Source: a virus
Reading direction: 5' to 3' (one strand)
IMG/VR virus record: IMGVR_UViG_3300035670_012130
Coordinates: 1 to 64,000 of that record
DNA length: 64,000 bases
The notes beneath the pieces were generated by a model that was given only the letters and a program-made list of their open reading frames with translations, did no database searches and was not told the DNA's origin. A program made the translations under genes and the position numbers. Each line of letters begins with the position of its first letter. Positions within the stretch are counted from its first letter, which is position 1. Of this stretch, positions 1 to 9,736 are shown in pieces.

Positions 1-867
1 GCTGGTCATACAATTTACCTCAATGGAGAGAAAATTGTTACACACCTTGTTCCTTGCGGCATTCTGCATGGTGTTCCTAGTGTCATCGGTAATGGTTGTG
101 TTATCAATACGCAAAAATTATTTGACGAACTTGAGTATCTTGAAGGATTTGGATTTGACACATCGATTCTAAAGATTGCAGAAAACGCCCATATAATTAC
201 CAAAGAACATATTGACGAAGATTCCAAAGATACAACTATTGGAACAACTCGCACTGGTAATGGCCCTTGTTATAGAGACAAAGTGGCCCGTACAGGAATT
301 CGTGCCAAAGATGTACCTGAGTTAGCACCCTATCTTGTCAATATGCACGATCTAATTCATTCAGAACCGAAGAAGTTTTTAGCTGAAGGTGCTCAAGGAT
401 ATTGGCTTGATGTTGACTTTGGTGATTATCCTTATGTCACTTCTTCAAACACTGGTGTAGGAGCAGTATTAAATAATGGTTTCAATTTTATGCAAGTACG
501 GGATGTTGTCGGGGTCATCAAGTGTTATTCTACCTATGTTGGAGCTAAAGGATACCAAAAAGATGACGAGCGATTTGAGCAACTCAGAGAAATTGGTCAA
601 GAGTACGGTGCAACAACAGGGCGACCAAGACAAATCGACTGGTTAAACATCCAAGAAGTTATAACTGCATGCCAAATGAATGGTGTTACAAAGCTTAAAG
701 TCAACAAAATGGATGTTCTTCGACAAGTTGACAGTGCTTGGAATTATTACGAAAATAATATGTTGATTTCTTGTGCAAATGAAGATACATTTGTTTCTAA
801 TATTTGGAAAGAAGTTGGAATGGTACTTCCTGGTGTACACATCCAATTCCAAGGGCAACTACATTGA
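1..867 (+). CDS. purA: Adenylosuccinate synthetase (5'-truncated by window edge)
   Basis: Frame 1 is open from base 1 (AGHTIYLNGEKIVTHLVPCG); contains IGTTRTGNGPCY, EGAQG..LDVDFGDYPYVTSSN, EYGATTGRPRQIDWL, NKMDVL. The ORF-track start at 283 is internal. Confidence 0.95.
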   Translation, partial: AGHTIYLNGEKIVTHLVPCGILHGVPSVIGNGCVINTQKLFDELEYLEGFGFDTSILKIAENAHIITKEHIDEDSKDTTIGTTRTGNGPCYRDKVARTGIRAKDVPELAPYLVNMHDLIHSEPKKFLAEGAQGYWLDVDFGDYPYVTSSNTGVGAVLNNGFNFMQVRDVVGVIKCYSTYVGAKGYQKDDERFEQLREIGQEYGATTGRPRQIDWLNIQEVITACQMNGVTKLKVNKMDVLRQVDSAWNYYENNMLISCANEDTFVSNIWKEVGMVLPGVHIQFQGQLH

Positions 868-1961
868 AATTTAAGTTGAATAAGGCAGAACATCTCTTAT
901 GTTTTGCCTTACTTAATAAAATTGAAAAATCTAAACTTTCGATGCGTGAAAACAAAACATCATCGAGTAGTCTTATTTTTCATTCTTCTGATGGCAAACT
1001 TTATGTTCAATCAGAGAACAATTTTTGCTGCTCTAAATTTTTATTAAAGAATGTCGAACCCACAGAAGATGGCACTTTTGGTTTAGACATTTCTTCTTTC
1101 TATAATGCAGTAAATAATTTTCCAACCGAAGAGATTCAATTTATCTACAATGCTGATGAAAATCTATTAATCTTTGGTAATAAAAAAACCAGAGTATCTT
1201 TGGCTTCTGCTCCTGTGGATAACTTCGCAGTAGATTTTTCAAATAATTTAGAACCATTGGATATAACTGTTGACGATTTTGTCCACAGTATAAAGATGAC
1301 TTCGTTTTCTTGTGCGCCTGATTTTGACGAACATCCTTATACTTCTATCCTATGGTTTATCGAAGATGGAAAAATTAATACTCAATCTTCTGATAAACAT
1401 AGAATTAGTGTATTTGGTAAGAAATATGAATTACAGCCATCATATCTAATTTCTAAAAATATTTCCGATATTGTTTTGTATTATGTTGAAAAAGTATCAG
1501 GTGTTGTTTTTTCTCTTCATAACAGCAAGCTTTATCTGACTTGGGATGGTGGAGAACTATTTTGCAATCTTGAGAAGAATACTTTTGAAAAAATATTCTC
1601 CAATTTCAATCAATTCTTTAGTGATGAATTTTTCTTATCTCTTGAGTTAGATAAAGATGCGCTAGTCAAGTCAGTGAAGTTTGTATCGAGCATTGCAAAT
1701 TCTCATATGATAAGCTTAAATTTGGATATCAATAAGCTTGTCATTTCAGGAAATAGTAATGAAAAGAATGCAGTGGTAGATACGATTGATATAGATAATT
1801 ATGAATTGTTCTCAGTATCGTATGTATCTTCACATTTGATTAGAGCTTTAGATTTACTTGATAGTAAGAAAATCAAAATAAATTTTATCAAGCATAACGA
1901 TTTTATTTTATTAATGTTAGAAGCTGAAAACTTTAAGCATTTATTGTTCCCAATGGATTAA
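864..1961 (+). CDS. dnaN: DNA polymerase III beta sliding clamp-like protein
   Basis: ~365 aa; MKFKLNK N-terminus from TTG at 864 overlapping the purA stop; SSDKHRIS resembles ATDGHRLA; C-terminal LLFPM. Confidence 0.8.
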   Translation: MKFKLNKAEHLLCFALLNKIEKSKLSMRENKTSSSSLIFHSSDGKLYVQSENNFCCSKFLLKNVEPTEDGTFGLDISSFYNAVNNFPTEEIQFIYNADENLLIFGNKKTRVSLASAPVDNFAVDFSNNLEPLDITVDDFVHSIKMTSFSCAPDFDEHPYTSILWFIEDGKINTQSSDKHRISVFGKKYELQPSYLISKNISDIVLYYVEKVSGVVFSLHNSKLYLTWDGGELFCNLEKNTFEKIFSNFNQFFSDEFFLSLELDKDALVKSVKFVSSIANSHMISLNLDINKLVISGNSNEKNAVVDTIDIDNYELFSVSYVSSHLIRALDLLDSKKIKINFIKHNDFILLMLEAENFKHLLFPMD

Positions 1962-1962
1962 T

Positions 1963-2964
1963 ATGTTTCCAAGAATTTACTACGGATCAACCACATTAGC
2001 ATTGAATAAGATCAAGGAAGAATTCCCTGGTCTTATTCTTTGTTTCGATAACAATGTTGAAAAAATTATCAATAACTATTCTAAATTCTTTGATACCAAC
2101 AATATATACATTCATACTAACATTTCTAACGAAGACATTAAGCTCATTCAAGAAAAAAGTGAAAAGCTTGGAATCAAACATATCATTTTGTACGAGGATG
2201 ATAGTTTCGACGGAAGATTGTCTCTTATTGCCAAAGCTAAAAAGAATAATTTGATTTTTGACTGCAGTTATCCACTTGCGGGAGATTCAAATTCGTTAAA
2301 GCGTCATATCAATAATTTTGTCATGAAGAACAATGCAAATATAAACGGTGAGACTTTGAATCATCTTGTTGAAATTTGCCCTATTTTACGTATCAAATCA
2401 AAACAGTCTGGCAGTAAGAAAGAAATCTTATGCTATGACATTGATATTTTGTTTAAAGAATTAGAAAAGATCATTTCCTACACAGACAAAATATTTTTGC
2501 GTGATATTTCAAATGCATCTTTCAATGAAGAATGCGACATATTCGAATTTATCGACAAACTGATGAATAAAGATCTAGATTATTGCTTGACAAAAATAAA
2601 TCTTCTTATTGATTCTATGGGTGAACAAGGCTTTTTGTTAGTTCTTTTGAGTCAACTGAATTTTATGTTGGTCATATCAGAAACCAACAAGACATTTCAT
2701 CCACTAACAGAAGTGCAAGAAATTGTTGAATTACGGGATCTTTTAGGCAAGTATTTAAATGATGAATACAAAGAGTCTACATTCACTATCAAAGCTCAAA
2801 ATCCGATAAGAATTCGTATTCAATTAAGCAAAGAGAATTTATATAATCCAGCCCAGTTTTCTAAAATGATTACTATGGTAGTAGACAACATAGTTGATTT
2901 ACGCACAAATGGTTCTGTAAATCATTCTATACCTATTCTAATTTCAAAACTGGCATCTGTATAA
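1963..2964 (+). CDS. holA: DNA polymerase III clamp-loader delta-like subunit
   Basis: 333 aa; KELEKIISY and DIFEFIDKL match the delta-subunit pattern; adjacent to the beta clamp. Confidence 0.7.
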   Translation: MFPRIYYGSTTLALNKIKEEFPGLILCFDNNVEKIINNYSKFFDTNNIYIHTNISNEDIKLIQEKSEKLGIKHIILYEDDSFDGRLSLIAKAKKNNLIFDCSYPLAGDSNSLKRHINNFVMKNNANINGETLNHLVEICPILRIKSKQSGSKKEILCYDIDILFKELEKIISYTDKIFLRDISNASFNEECDIFEFIDKLMNKDLDYCLTKINLLIDSMGEQGFLLVLLSQLNFMLVISETNKTFHPLTEVQEIVELRDLLGKYLNDEYKESTFTIKAQNPIRIRIQLSKENLYNPAQFSKMITMVVDNIVDLRTNGSVNHSIPILISKLASV

Positions 2965-2971
2965 TTTTTTT

Positions 2972-3538
2972 ATGGCCGATCAGAACTACGACGAAATTAA
3001 TAAATTACTATATAAGTACAAAGCTGGTAATGAATCGGCTTTATATGAATTATATGAATTTTACAAACCTTTATTTATATCCTCAGTAAAAAGAGTAATT
3101 TATAAAGAGCCAAGATTATCTCCTTACCGTGAAGATATCTTAAGCGATACTTTGTTTGTTTTTATCAAACTTGTAGACCAATATGATCCTAAACTTTCTT
3201 ATTTTTCTTACTTTTTATCCACTAGAATTGACATAAATTTATTTCGTTATATAACTGATAAATATTTTCCAAAAGAAGAGTTAGTTGAAGAAGTAGAATT
3301 TACCGAACAATATGATGATCCGTTTAACAAAATTGACAATGTCATTTGTATACATCAAGCTTTCAAAAAATTAAATGACAAAAGTAAAGAAGTGATACAA
3401 GTATATTTCTTTGAACAATTGGATCAAAAAGAAGCATCAGAAAAATTAGGAATTACTCAAGGTGCATTTTCTAAAAGATTATCTAAAGCATTGGAACAAA
3501 TGAAAAATATATTAGGTAAAGATTTCCTTTTTGATTAA
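2972..3538 (+). CDS. Sigma-70 family RNA polymerase sigma factor (regions 2 and 4)
   Basis: ALYELYEFYKPL, EDILSDT..FIKLVDQYDP, FSYFL (region 2); LNDKSKEVIQVYFFEQLDQKEASEKLGITQGAFSKRLSKAL (region 4 HTH). Confidence 0.9.
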   Translation: MADQNYDEINKLLYKYKAGNESALYELYEFYKPLFISSVKRVIYKEPRLSPYREDILSDTLFVFIKLVDQYDPKLSYFSYFLSTRIDINLFRYITDKYFPKEELVEEVEFTEQYDDPFNKIDNVICIHQAFKKLNDKSKEVIQVYFFEQLDQKEASEKLGITQGAFSKRLSKALEQMKNILGKDFLFD

Positions 3539-3584
3539 TGGAATATATTTTTTGATTTCTCGTATTATATAAATATGTTCCACA

Positions 3585-3622
3585 AAAACCTCTAAGACAT
3601 TATAAGTGCGTCTGGAGGTTTT
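3585..3622 (+). terminator. Hairpin with T-rich tail after the sigma gene (possible terminator)
   Basis: aaaacctct(a)agac pairs with gtctggaggtttt; followed by attattt. Confidence 0.45.
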
Positions 3623-3683
3623 ATTATTTAATTAAGTCCTTTTTTATTGGTGGGGATCAAAAAATCTAAGGGAGATTAGAGAA

Positions 3684-4397
3684 GTGTCTGAAAACAACAC
3701 AAATGACATGATTTACAACTGGCGCAACGAATTACGCTCACATCATGATGGAGTTCTCGTTGTAGCTAATAGTCAAGCTCAAAAATATAAAAATCAAGGT
3801 TTCGATAAGTCTGAAGTTGTAGAGTTGCTTGCAGCTGATAATTTTGATTTGGACATTGCTGTTAGAGTTGCTTCTAAGTTGTTTGATTCTACTGAAGAAG
3901 TTGAACAAAACACTGCTGTAGAAGTTGCTGTCGTTCCAACTAAGTATTCTGACTGTGCTCCTATTATTGAAAGATCATTGACTAAATTATCTGCAAAGGA
4001 ATTCGTTAAGAGACTTTGCACTGGTCCTCATTCAATTGTCAAAACAGATGAAAAGGGATTAGGATATTGGCTAAGGCTTACAGAGGCTGCTAAGAATAAC
4101 AATGCAGGTAAGAGCCATCTACATGCATCCTTGAAGCCTTTTATCGAAGAAACATTGTTAAATAATGTTCTTTTAGCACAATCCCAAGAAGCACAAATTA
4201 AGACTGCTTCTAAAAATAAATATGTTGTATCTATGAAGAAGGGATCTGCTGAAGTTGATTTATCAAAAGCAACTTCATCAAGCGACAAATTTATTGCTGG
4301 TAATTATGTTGATTTTGGACTTGCTGATGAATTTATGGTAAAGGCTGCTGATACAGTTTCTCCATATCAAAGATTAAAAAGAGCCCTAAAAGACTAA
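3684..4397 (+). CDS. Hypothetical protein (putative virion head protein)
   Basis: 237 aa; GTG start after AGGGAG; carries RVAS and KTAS motifs like other head-module proteins. Confidence 0.6.
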   Translation: MSENNTNDMIYNWRNELRSHHDGVLVVANSQAQKYKNQGFDKSEVVELLAADNFDLDIAVRVASKLFDSTEEVEQNTAVEVAVVPTKYSDCAPIIERSLTKLSAKEFVKRLCTGPHSIVKTDEKGLGYWLRLTEAAKNNNAGKSHLHASLKPFIEETLLNNVLLAQSQEAQIKTASKNKYVVSMKKGSAEVDLSKATSSSDKFIAGNYVDFGLADEFMVKAADTVSPYQRLKRALKD

Positions 4398-4416
4398 TTT
4401 TTACTCTTAACTTTTG

Positions 4417-4449
4417 AACAAGCCGCATTTATGCGGCTTGTTTGTTTTG
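4417..4449 (+). terminator. Intrinsic terminator
   Basis: aacaagccgcat-tt-atgcggcttgtt inverted repeat followed by tgttttg. Confidence 0.8.
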
Positions 4450-4462
4450 TATAACTAAAGAA

Positions 4463-5143
4463 ATGGAATCAAAAAAAGAAACTGTAGATGCACTAATTGT
4501 TCCCGATGAAGGGCCAAAAAAACCATCTAAAATGTTCAGGGATTTAAAAGAAGGCGATAAACCTTTAATGCCTCTTCCTCCTGACAATATGAGTGATATT
4601 TCGTATCCTCAATTTTTAGAACCAAGATGTGCCATTTGTACTTCACCTTTCAGAGATTTGGTAGAACACGTTTATCTTGATTCTGGTCGTAAAAATCAAT
4701 CAGTAATTAGATTTTTCCAACAGTATTTTGATGCACAGATGAACTGGATGCAAATTAATACACACATGGAACAACACTGTGATTTTAAAAAGATCTCGAC
4801 TTCGGGACTTAAGAATTACGAACAACGAGAAGAACTTATTGCTCCTTGGATTTTTCGTGAACATCATCTTGCTCTAACTGCTTTATTAGTAGAACTTGAC
4901 GATGTTAGAGGTATTGACTGCTCTAAAAACAATGATATGAAACTTAAGAGAGCAGCAATGGTAGAAAAATTAATTTCTAAAATTTTGCATCTCAAAGAAG
5001 TTAGAGATAATCAAGGCATTTACAACATTAACATTTTTGAAATCCTTGCTAAATTGCATGAAAAAATGGATTCTGAAAATGACAAAAGAATTATTAGGGA
5101 AGAAATTGTTGCCTTGAGAGAAAAGATTCAACAAGATAATTAA
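4463..5143 (+). CDS. Putative terminase small subunit (Zn-binding)
   Basis: Directly upstream of and translationally coupled to terL; CAIC...H..HC motif; helical C-terminus; ATG 4463 lies 7 nt after GTATAAC. Confidence 0.55.
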   Translation: MESKKETVDALIVPDEGPKKPSKMFRDLKEGDKPLMPLPPDNMSDISYPQFLEPRCAICTSPFRDLVEHVYLDSGRKNQSVIRFFQQYFDAQMNWMQINTHMEQHCDFKKISTSGLKNYEQREELIAPWIFREHHLALTALLVELDDVRGIDCSKNNDMKLKRAAMVEKLISKILHLKEVRDNQGIYNINIFEILAKLHEKMDSENDKRIIREEIVALREKIQQDN

Positions 5144-7254
5144 TGAGAAAACAAACCCAAGTTCCTAAATCTCCTACGGAATTAAGAAATCAATTACTTC
5201 AACAAGCTAATTCTGTCACTGCATTGTTTAAGGATACAGAGTATGCAGATGATTTTGTTGATGAAATTGCTCCTGCCACAAGATCAGAAGTTGCTCCTCC
5301 TCCCAAGCCTCCTAAGGATAGATTCAATCCTGATCAAATTGTAGATATCATCACTTTTATTGAACATCCATATTTTTGTAATCTTAAACCTTATCCTTGG
5401 CAAAAACTTATTCTTAAATGTTTTTATATGGGACAAGAAGGCAATACAAATCTTGTTATAGATGAATCTGACAACCAAGAAGATTGCAAAGGATGTGTTT
5501 GGCATTATATTCAGAAAAATGAAAACGATTTCTTAAAAGCTCGTTCAGAAGGTAGACAATTTAAGACAATTTTTAATGTTGTCAATTCACCTTGTCTCCA
5601 ATGTAAACGTCTTGATAATAAGGTCAGAGAAGAAAGATATAAATTTGCCAAAGATGAAGCTACAAACCCTGATGCTGAAAGACAAGTAGAAATATTAGAA
5701 TCAAGACCAATTATTGATGGTTTCCAAAGTGAATTTGATTTACTTTATTCTGAAGAATTTGATCCAAAATTAAGGATGCAAGTTCAAGAAAAATGCACCA
5801 AAAGATATAAATTTGAAGAATTAGTTTTAGTGCTTGGTAGACGTTCTGGAAAATCGTTCCTTGTTTCTGCTATGGCTCTTTACGAACTTTATAGATTAAT
5901 TTCTATGGGTCATCCTCAAGCAAGATATGGATTAATGGAATTTGATGAGGTTGTCCTTCTTAATGTTGCACGTAATGAAGAACAGGCTAAAAAAGCAATC
6001 TTCTCTAAAATCAAGCAAACAGTTTTAGCATCTCCTTTCTTTGCTCCTTATATTGGTAAAGATACAGAACTTGAAATGCGATTTTATACCGAACACGACA
6101 GAGAAGAGAATGTAAGAAGAAAAGAGCAGAATATCAATTTGTTTGCGGGTTCTTTGGTGCTGAGATGTGGTTCCAGTAATGCTTCTGGTCTTGTTGGTTT
6201 AACTTGTTGGTCAATCATCATGGACGAAGTTGCAGCTATGGCAGGAGACAATCCTGATTCTGGTGTTGATTATGCTCTTTATGATGATCTTAAACCATCT
6301 CTTGCTACATTCGGTAAAGATGGAAAAATGATGCTTCTTTCCAACCCTAAAGGTCCAATTGGGTTGCTTTACGATTTACATGAAAATAGACAAGAAGACC
6401 CTACCACTCTTGTTATGAGACTTCCAACTTGGCTTACTAATCCAAATATTGACAAAGAATGGTTAGATGGGCAAAAGAAAAAAGATCCTCAAGAATTTCA
6501 AATGCAATATGGAGCAGAATTTGGTGCTTCTTCATCTGATCCGATGTTTGTTTCTGATGATATAGATAGAATGTTCTCTTCTATGTCAATGGTAAAAAGA
6601 AAAGAAAGAGCTGAAGGCAATTTTGAGTATTTTTGTCATTTGGATCCAGCTCGAACTTCTGACTATTATGCTCTAGTAATTGCTCATACTGAAAATATGT
6701 ATGGACAAATTGGTCCTGATTTCAAACCATTAAAAAGAGTTGTAATTGACCATATACACTTTTGGAATCCTAAAACTAAAAATCAACCAGTTAAAGAAAG
6801 TGAAGTTGAAGATTATGTAATTGATTTACATAATAAATTTAGATTTAAACAAGTATCTATTGATCAATGGAATTCTCAATCATCTATCATAAAACTACAG
6901 TCTATGAGAGTTCCAATTGTAGAACGTCAATTCAATAAAGAATATAAAGAAAATATTTATGCAGAATTATCTCAATTAGTTCGTGATGATCGAATTGATA
7001 TATATGATATTTCTGGTGGTGAATATTATGATCAAGATAAAAAATTAATTTCTTTAAACGAAATTCAAGAAGCTAAAATACAGTTTTTGTTTTTACAAAA
7101 AAAATGGAAAGGTAAAAGATATTACATCGAAGCCCTTTCTGGATATAAAGATGATATTTGTGATGCTGTAGCTGCTGTAGCTTATGAATGCTTAACATCA
7201 AAAATTATGGTTCGATTACCTAAATCAAAAATGGTCAACCTGAATAGACGATAA
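5143..7254 (+). CDS. terL: Terminase large subunit
   Basis: PYPWQ Q-motif, Walker A LVLGRRSGKS, Walker B IIMDE, LLSNPKG coupling motif, nuclease HLDPARTSD...DDICDAVA. Confidence 0.95.
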   Translation: MRKQTQVPKSPTELRNQLLQQANSVTALFKDTEYADDFVDEIAPATRSEVAPPPKPPKDRFNPDQIVDIITFIEHPYFCNLKPYPWQKLILKCFYMGQEGNTNLVIDESDNQEDCKGCVWHYIQKNENDFLKARSEGRQFKTIFNVVNSPCLQCKRLDNKVREERYKFAKDEATNPDAERQVEILESRPIIDGFQSEFDLLYSEEFDPKLRMQVQEKCTKRYKFEELVLVLGRRSGKSFLVSAMALYELYRLISMGHPQARYGLMEFDEVVLLNVARNEEQAKKAIFSKIKQTVLASPFFAPYIGKDTELEMRFYTEHDREENVRRKEQNINLFAGSLVLRCGSSNASGLVGLTCWSIIMDEVAAMAGDNPDSGVDYALYDDLKPSLATFGKDGKMMLLSNPKGPIGLLYDLHENRQEDPTTLVMRLPTWLTNPNIDKEWLDGQKKKDPQEFQMQYGAEFGASSSDPMFVSDDIDRMFSSMSMVKRKERAEGNFEYFCHLDPARTSDYYALVIAHTENMYGQIGPDFKPLKRVVIDHIHFWNPKTKNQPVKESEVEDYVIDLHNKFRFKQVSIDQWNSQSSIIKLQSMRVPIVERQFNKEYKENIYAELSQLVRDDRIDIYDISGGEYYDQDKKLISLNEIQEAKIQFLFLQKKWKGKRYYIEALSGYKDDICDAVAAVAYECLTSKIMVRLPKSKMVNLNRR

Positions 7255-7280
7255 AGGTAAATTTTTTTATTTATAAGAAC
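7254..7280 (+). promoter_or_regulatory. Putative late promoter AAGGT-N17-AGAAC
   Basis: Same spaced motif recurs at 9671, 17351, 21601, 60338(-) and 63797. Confidence 0.65.
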
Positions 7281-7288
7281 AAATCATT

Positions 7289-8281
7289 ATGTCTAACAAT
7301 ATCAGAACAGCTCAATTTGGTGGTGTAGGCGGTGGAGGTAATGGGTCTCCCTATCAGCCTGGTGGAAGCCCTATTGGTCGTGGTGGATCAAATAGAGGTG
7401 GTCATGAGATTAATCTTTACGTAGATGAAGATGCTAGTTTTGATAAATTGCTTAGAAGAACTCATTTAGAACCAGACACAAGAGATGTTAATCTTGAGTC
7501 GAGGCTTACTCCTCAACATAAAAATTATGAAGATTTAATTCCTTATGAATTAACTCCTGAAGAAAGAATGAGAGCGAAATTTAGAGCTCAACTTCATAAT
7601 TATAAAAAATCACTCGAAAATGCTGCTTCTGACTTGATGAAAAATAGTCCAGCATATATAAAAGAACATTACAGACCTAAAGATGAACATATGATGACTA
7701 TGGAGCAATCTTTAGAAAATCGTCATAAATACAACAAAGATTATAAATATGACAGAGTTGATTACAAAGATCCTGATAAACCTTCAAGATTACATTTTGC
7801 TATATCTGACGAAGTAATTAATCGTGTTGCTGAAGATTATTCAGTAAGAAGAAGAAACAGAATTACTGATGAATATCCTGAAGAACGCAATCAATTTGAT
7901 GAAAAACAATTTTCATATGCTCCTATTGGTAAAACTCCAATATTAACTCATGGTGAAGATTTTGATGGATATATTCAGGACTTAATGACTGTTAACACTC
8001 CTGACCATGATGGTTTTATGGAGTACGAACTCAAGGATACTATTCTTACCTATCCTGATCCAGATGGTAAAGCAAATGTTCATGCACCAAAAGATATAGC
8101 TCCAAAGTCAGAAACATTAAAAGAATCAAATCCTTACATGACTACAGAACAGGCATTGAATCCCAAGAAAAAAGATACAACATATGCAGATTACATAGAT
8201 CCTACTAATAAAGAAGATAAAGGCATAGAAGAAGTTTATGATGGATCTGCTTTTTATGGAATTGGTGGACATAGCTTATAA
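7289..8281 (+). CDS. Hypothetical head-module protein
   Basis: 330 aa; N-terminal MSNNIRTAQ then Gly-rich; NLESRL/TMEQSL/TTEQAL repeats. Confidence 0.7.
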   Translation: MSNNIRTAQFGGVGGGGNGSPYQPGGSPIGRGGSNRGGHEINLYVDEDASFDKLLRRTHLEPDTRDVNLESRLTPQHKNYEDLIPYELTPEERMRAKFRAQLHNYKKSLENAASDLMKNSPAYIKEHYRPKDEHMMTMEQSLENRHKYNKDYKYDRVDYKDPDKPSRLHFAISDEVINRVAEDYSVRRRNRITDEYPEERNQFDEKQFSYAPIGKTPILTHGEDFDGYIQDLMTVNTPDHDGFMEYELKDTILTYPDPDGKANVHAPKDIAPKSETLKESNPYMTTEQALNPKKKDTTYADYIDPTNKEDKGIEEVYDGSAFYGIGGHSL

Positions 8282-8315
8282 AGGTAAGTTAAGGTTTATT
8301 TAATAAGAACAAATT

Positions 8316-8774
8316 ATGGATGCAAAATCAATTCAAACATTAATCAAAGTCTGTTCAAGATTAGACAAAACTGGGCATTATTCAAATGCAGATAGTTTGT
8401 TTGAAAAGATTGCTCAATATTACCCTCAGCAATCAGTAACACAGTCGCCTAATGTATCTTTAGTTCCATATGAGGAGCTTGAAGAAGAATACAAACAAAA
8501 TGATTTTTGGCGACAAAAAATCAATCCTAGAAAAAGAGTACCTGAGTATCGTGACTTAGGTGGCGAGGAAGATGGACAAAATATAGAGGGTCAATTACAT
8601 GGTCCAGATAATGTTCCAGGACCAGCTTACGTAGATCCAGGTAATCCAGCATCAAGTCCTTCAATGGCGATTCATAGCGGTGATGATTTGAACGATAAGT
8701 TTTCCTGGGAAGAAACATATCAGAAAAATGTTGATGAGGGAAATTCTTGGAAAAACAGAATACCAAACAGATAA
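8316..8774 (+). CDS. Hypothetical head-module protein
   Basis: 152 aa; N-terminal helix L..+.SRLDKTGHYSNAD.L..KIAQ; NIEGQL motif. Confidence 0.7.
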   Translation: MDAKSIQTLIKVCSRLDKTGHYSNADSLFEKIAQYYPQQSVTQSPNVSLVPYEELEEEYKQNDFWRQKINPRKRVPEYRDLGGEEDGQNIEGQLHGPDNVPGPAYVDPGNPASSPSMAIHSGDDLNDKFSWEETYQKNVDEGNSWKNRIPNR

Positions 8775-8785
8775 GGAATTAAATT

Positions 8786-9277
8786 ATGCCTATACCAATC
8801 AAACCAGTTCATTCTTTAGATTTACATGCAGAATTATTTGACGGACCATCAATGGAAGGTCTTGGACTTTCAGATATTCAAATTCAACTTCTTGGAGTCT
8901 CACAAGCGCCAAAGAAAATTGAAGCAGCAAAATTAAGTGAAAAGTACTTAGATATGCTTAAAACAATTGATGCCAACACTGATGAATTAGTTACTGCAGC
9001 TAGTTATGTTGCTTTACATAAAGACAGCAAAGTTTGTGGTGTACCTACTGAAATTTCTGACAATGATCTTTTAGCTCTTAAGACTGCAGGATTGCTTACT
9101 GGATATGGAAGATCTGTAGAATTAACTGAAAGAGCAAAATTAGCATTACGTGATCATTATTTAAGCACTGATAATGTTAATGAATTTAGAAAACAAAGAA
9201 CAAAAGATAGATTTGATCTTGAAGAAGCAAGAAGTGTAAAAGCATCTTCAAATAAATTTAGAAAAGTAGGTTCTTGA
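8786..9277 (+). CDS. Hypothetical protein, possibly extended by UGA readthrough
   Basis: 163 aa after AAGGA RBS; ends in TGA in frame with the DUF192 domain. Confidence 0.7.
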   Translation: MPIPIKPVHSLDLHAELFDGPSMEGLGLSDIQIQLLGVSQAPKKIEAAKLSEKYLDMLKTIDANTDELVTAASYVALHKDSKVCGVPTEISDNDLLALKTAGLLTGYGRSVELTERAKLALRDHYLSTDNVNEFRKQRTKDRFDLEEARSVKASSNKFRKVGS

Positions 9278-9658
9278 CTCACTAACAAAGAATTCCGTGA
9301 TGAATTCGATGTTAGGTTTGTAGCAGATACAGATAAATTACGTACTAAAGGTTTAATGGATGCCGAACCTTTGGATGATTATGAAGTAGCATTTTTTACT
9401 TTTGATTATCCAGATTGCTATTCATTTTGGAATAAAAATGTTTCTTTTCCACTTTCTCTAGCATTTTTGGATAAAAATTATAAGATTGTTGATATTAAAG
9501 ATATGGAAGCAGATGACCCTAAATCTGTATCTCCTGATTCGAACAGCGTTGTATTTGTTGTAGAAGCAAATAAAGGATTGTTCAAAAAATTAGGCATCGG
9601 TGTTGGAGATAAATTGTTTTTGAAGGGCAAGAAAGTAATTTTCAGTAAAAAAACATAA
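9278..9658 (+). CDS. DUF192-family domain (N-terminal motif has no start codon of its own)
   Basis: VRFVADTDKLRTKGLM..., FWNKNVSFPLSLAFLD, VVEANKG..KKLGIGVGD; the conserved N-terminal motif lies upstream of ATG 9356. Confidence 0.8.
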   Translation, partial: LTNKEFRDEFDVRFVADTDKLRTKGLMDAEPLDDYEVAFFTFDYPDCYSFWNKNVSFPLSLAFLDKNYKIVDIKDMEADDPKSVSPDSNSVVFVVEANKGLFKKLGIGVGDKLFLKGKKVIFSKKT

Positions 9659-9670
9659 ATGGATGCATTA

Positions 9671-9697
9671 AAGGAATTTGAGCATTAAATTTAGAAA
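9671..9697 (+). promoter_or_regulatory. Putative late promoter AAGGA-N17-AGAAA
   Basis: Matches the recurring spaced motif; intergenic, upstream of 9737. Confidence 0.6.
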
Positions 9698-9736
9698 TTT
9701 TCTTAATGTATTTTTTCTTGAGGAGAAAAATTAATT

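Noticed and set aside
9275-9310. Selenocysteine insertion at the UGA
   Set aside because: The hairpin is weak, the position is in a linker and not a redox motif, and no sel genes are visible; kept only as generic readthrough.
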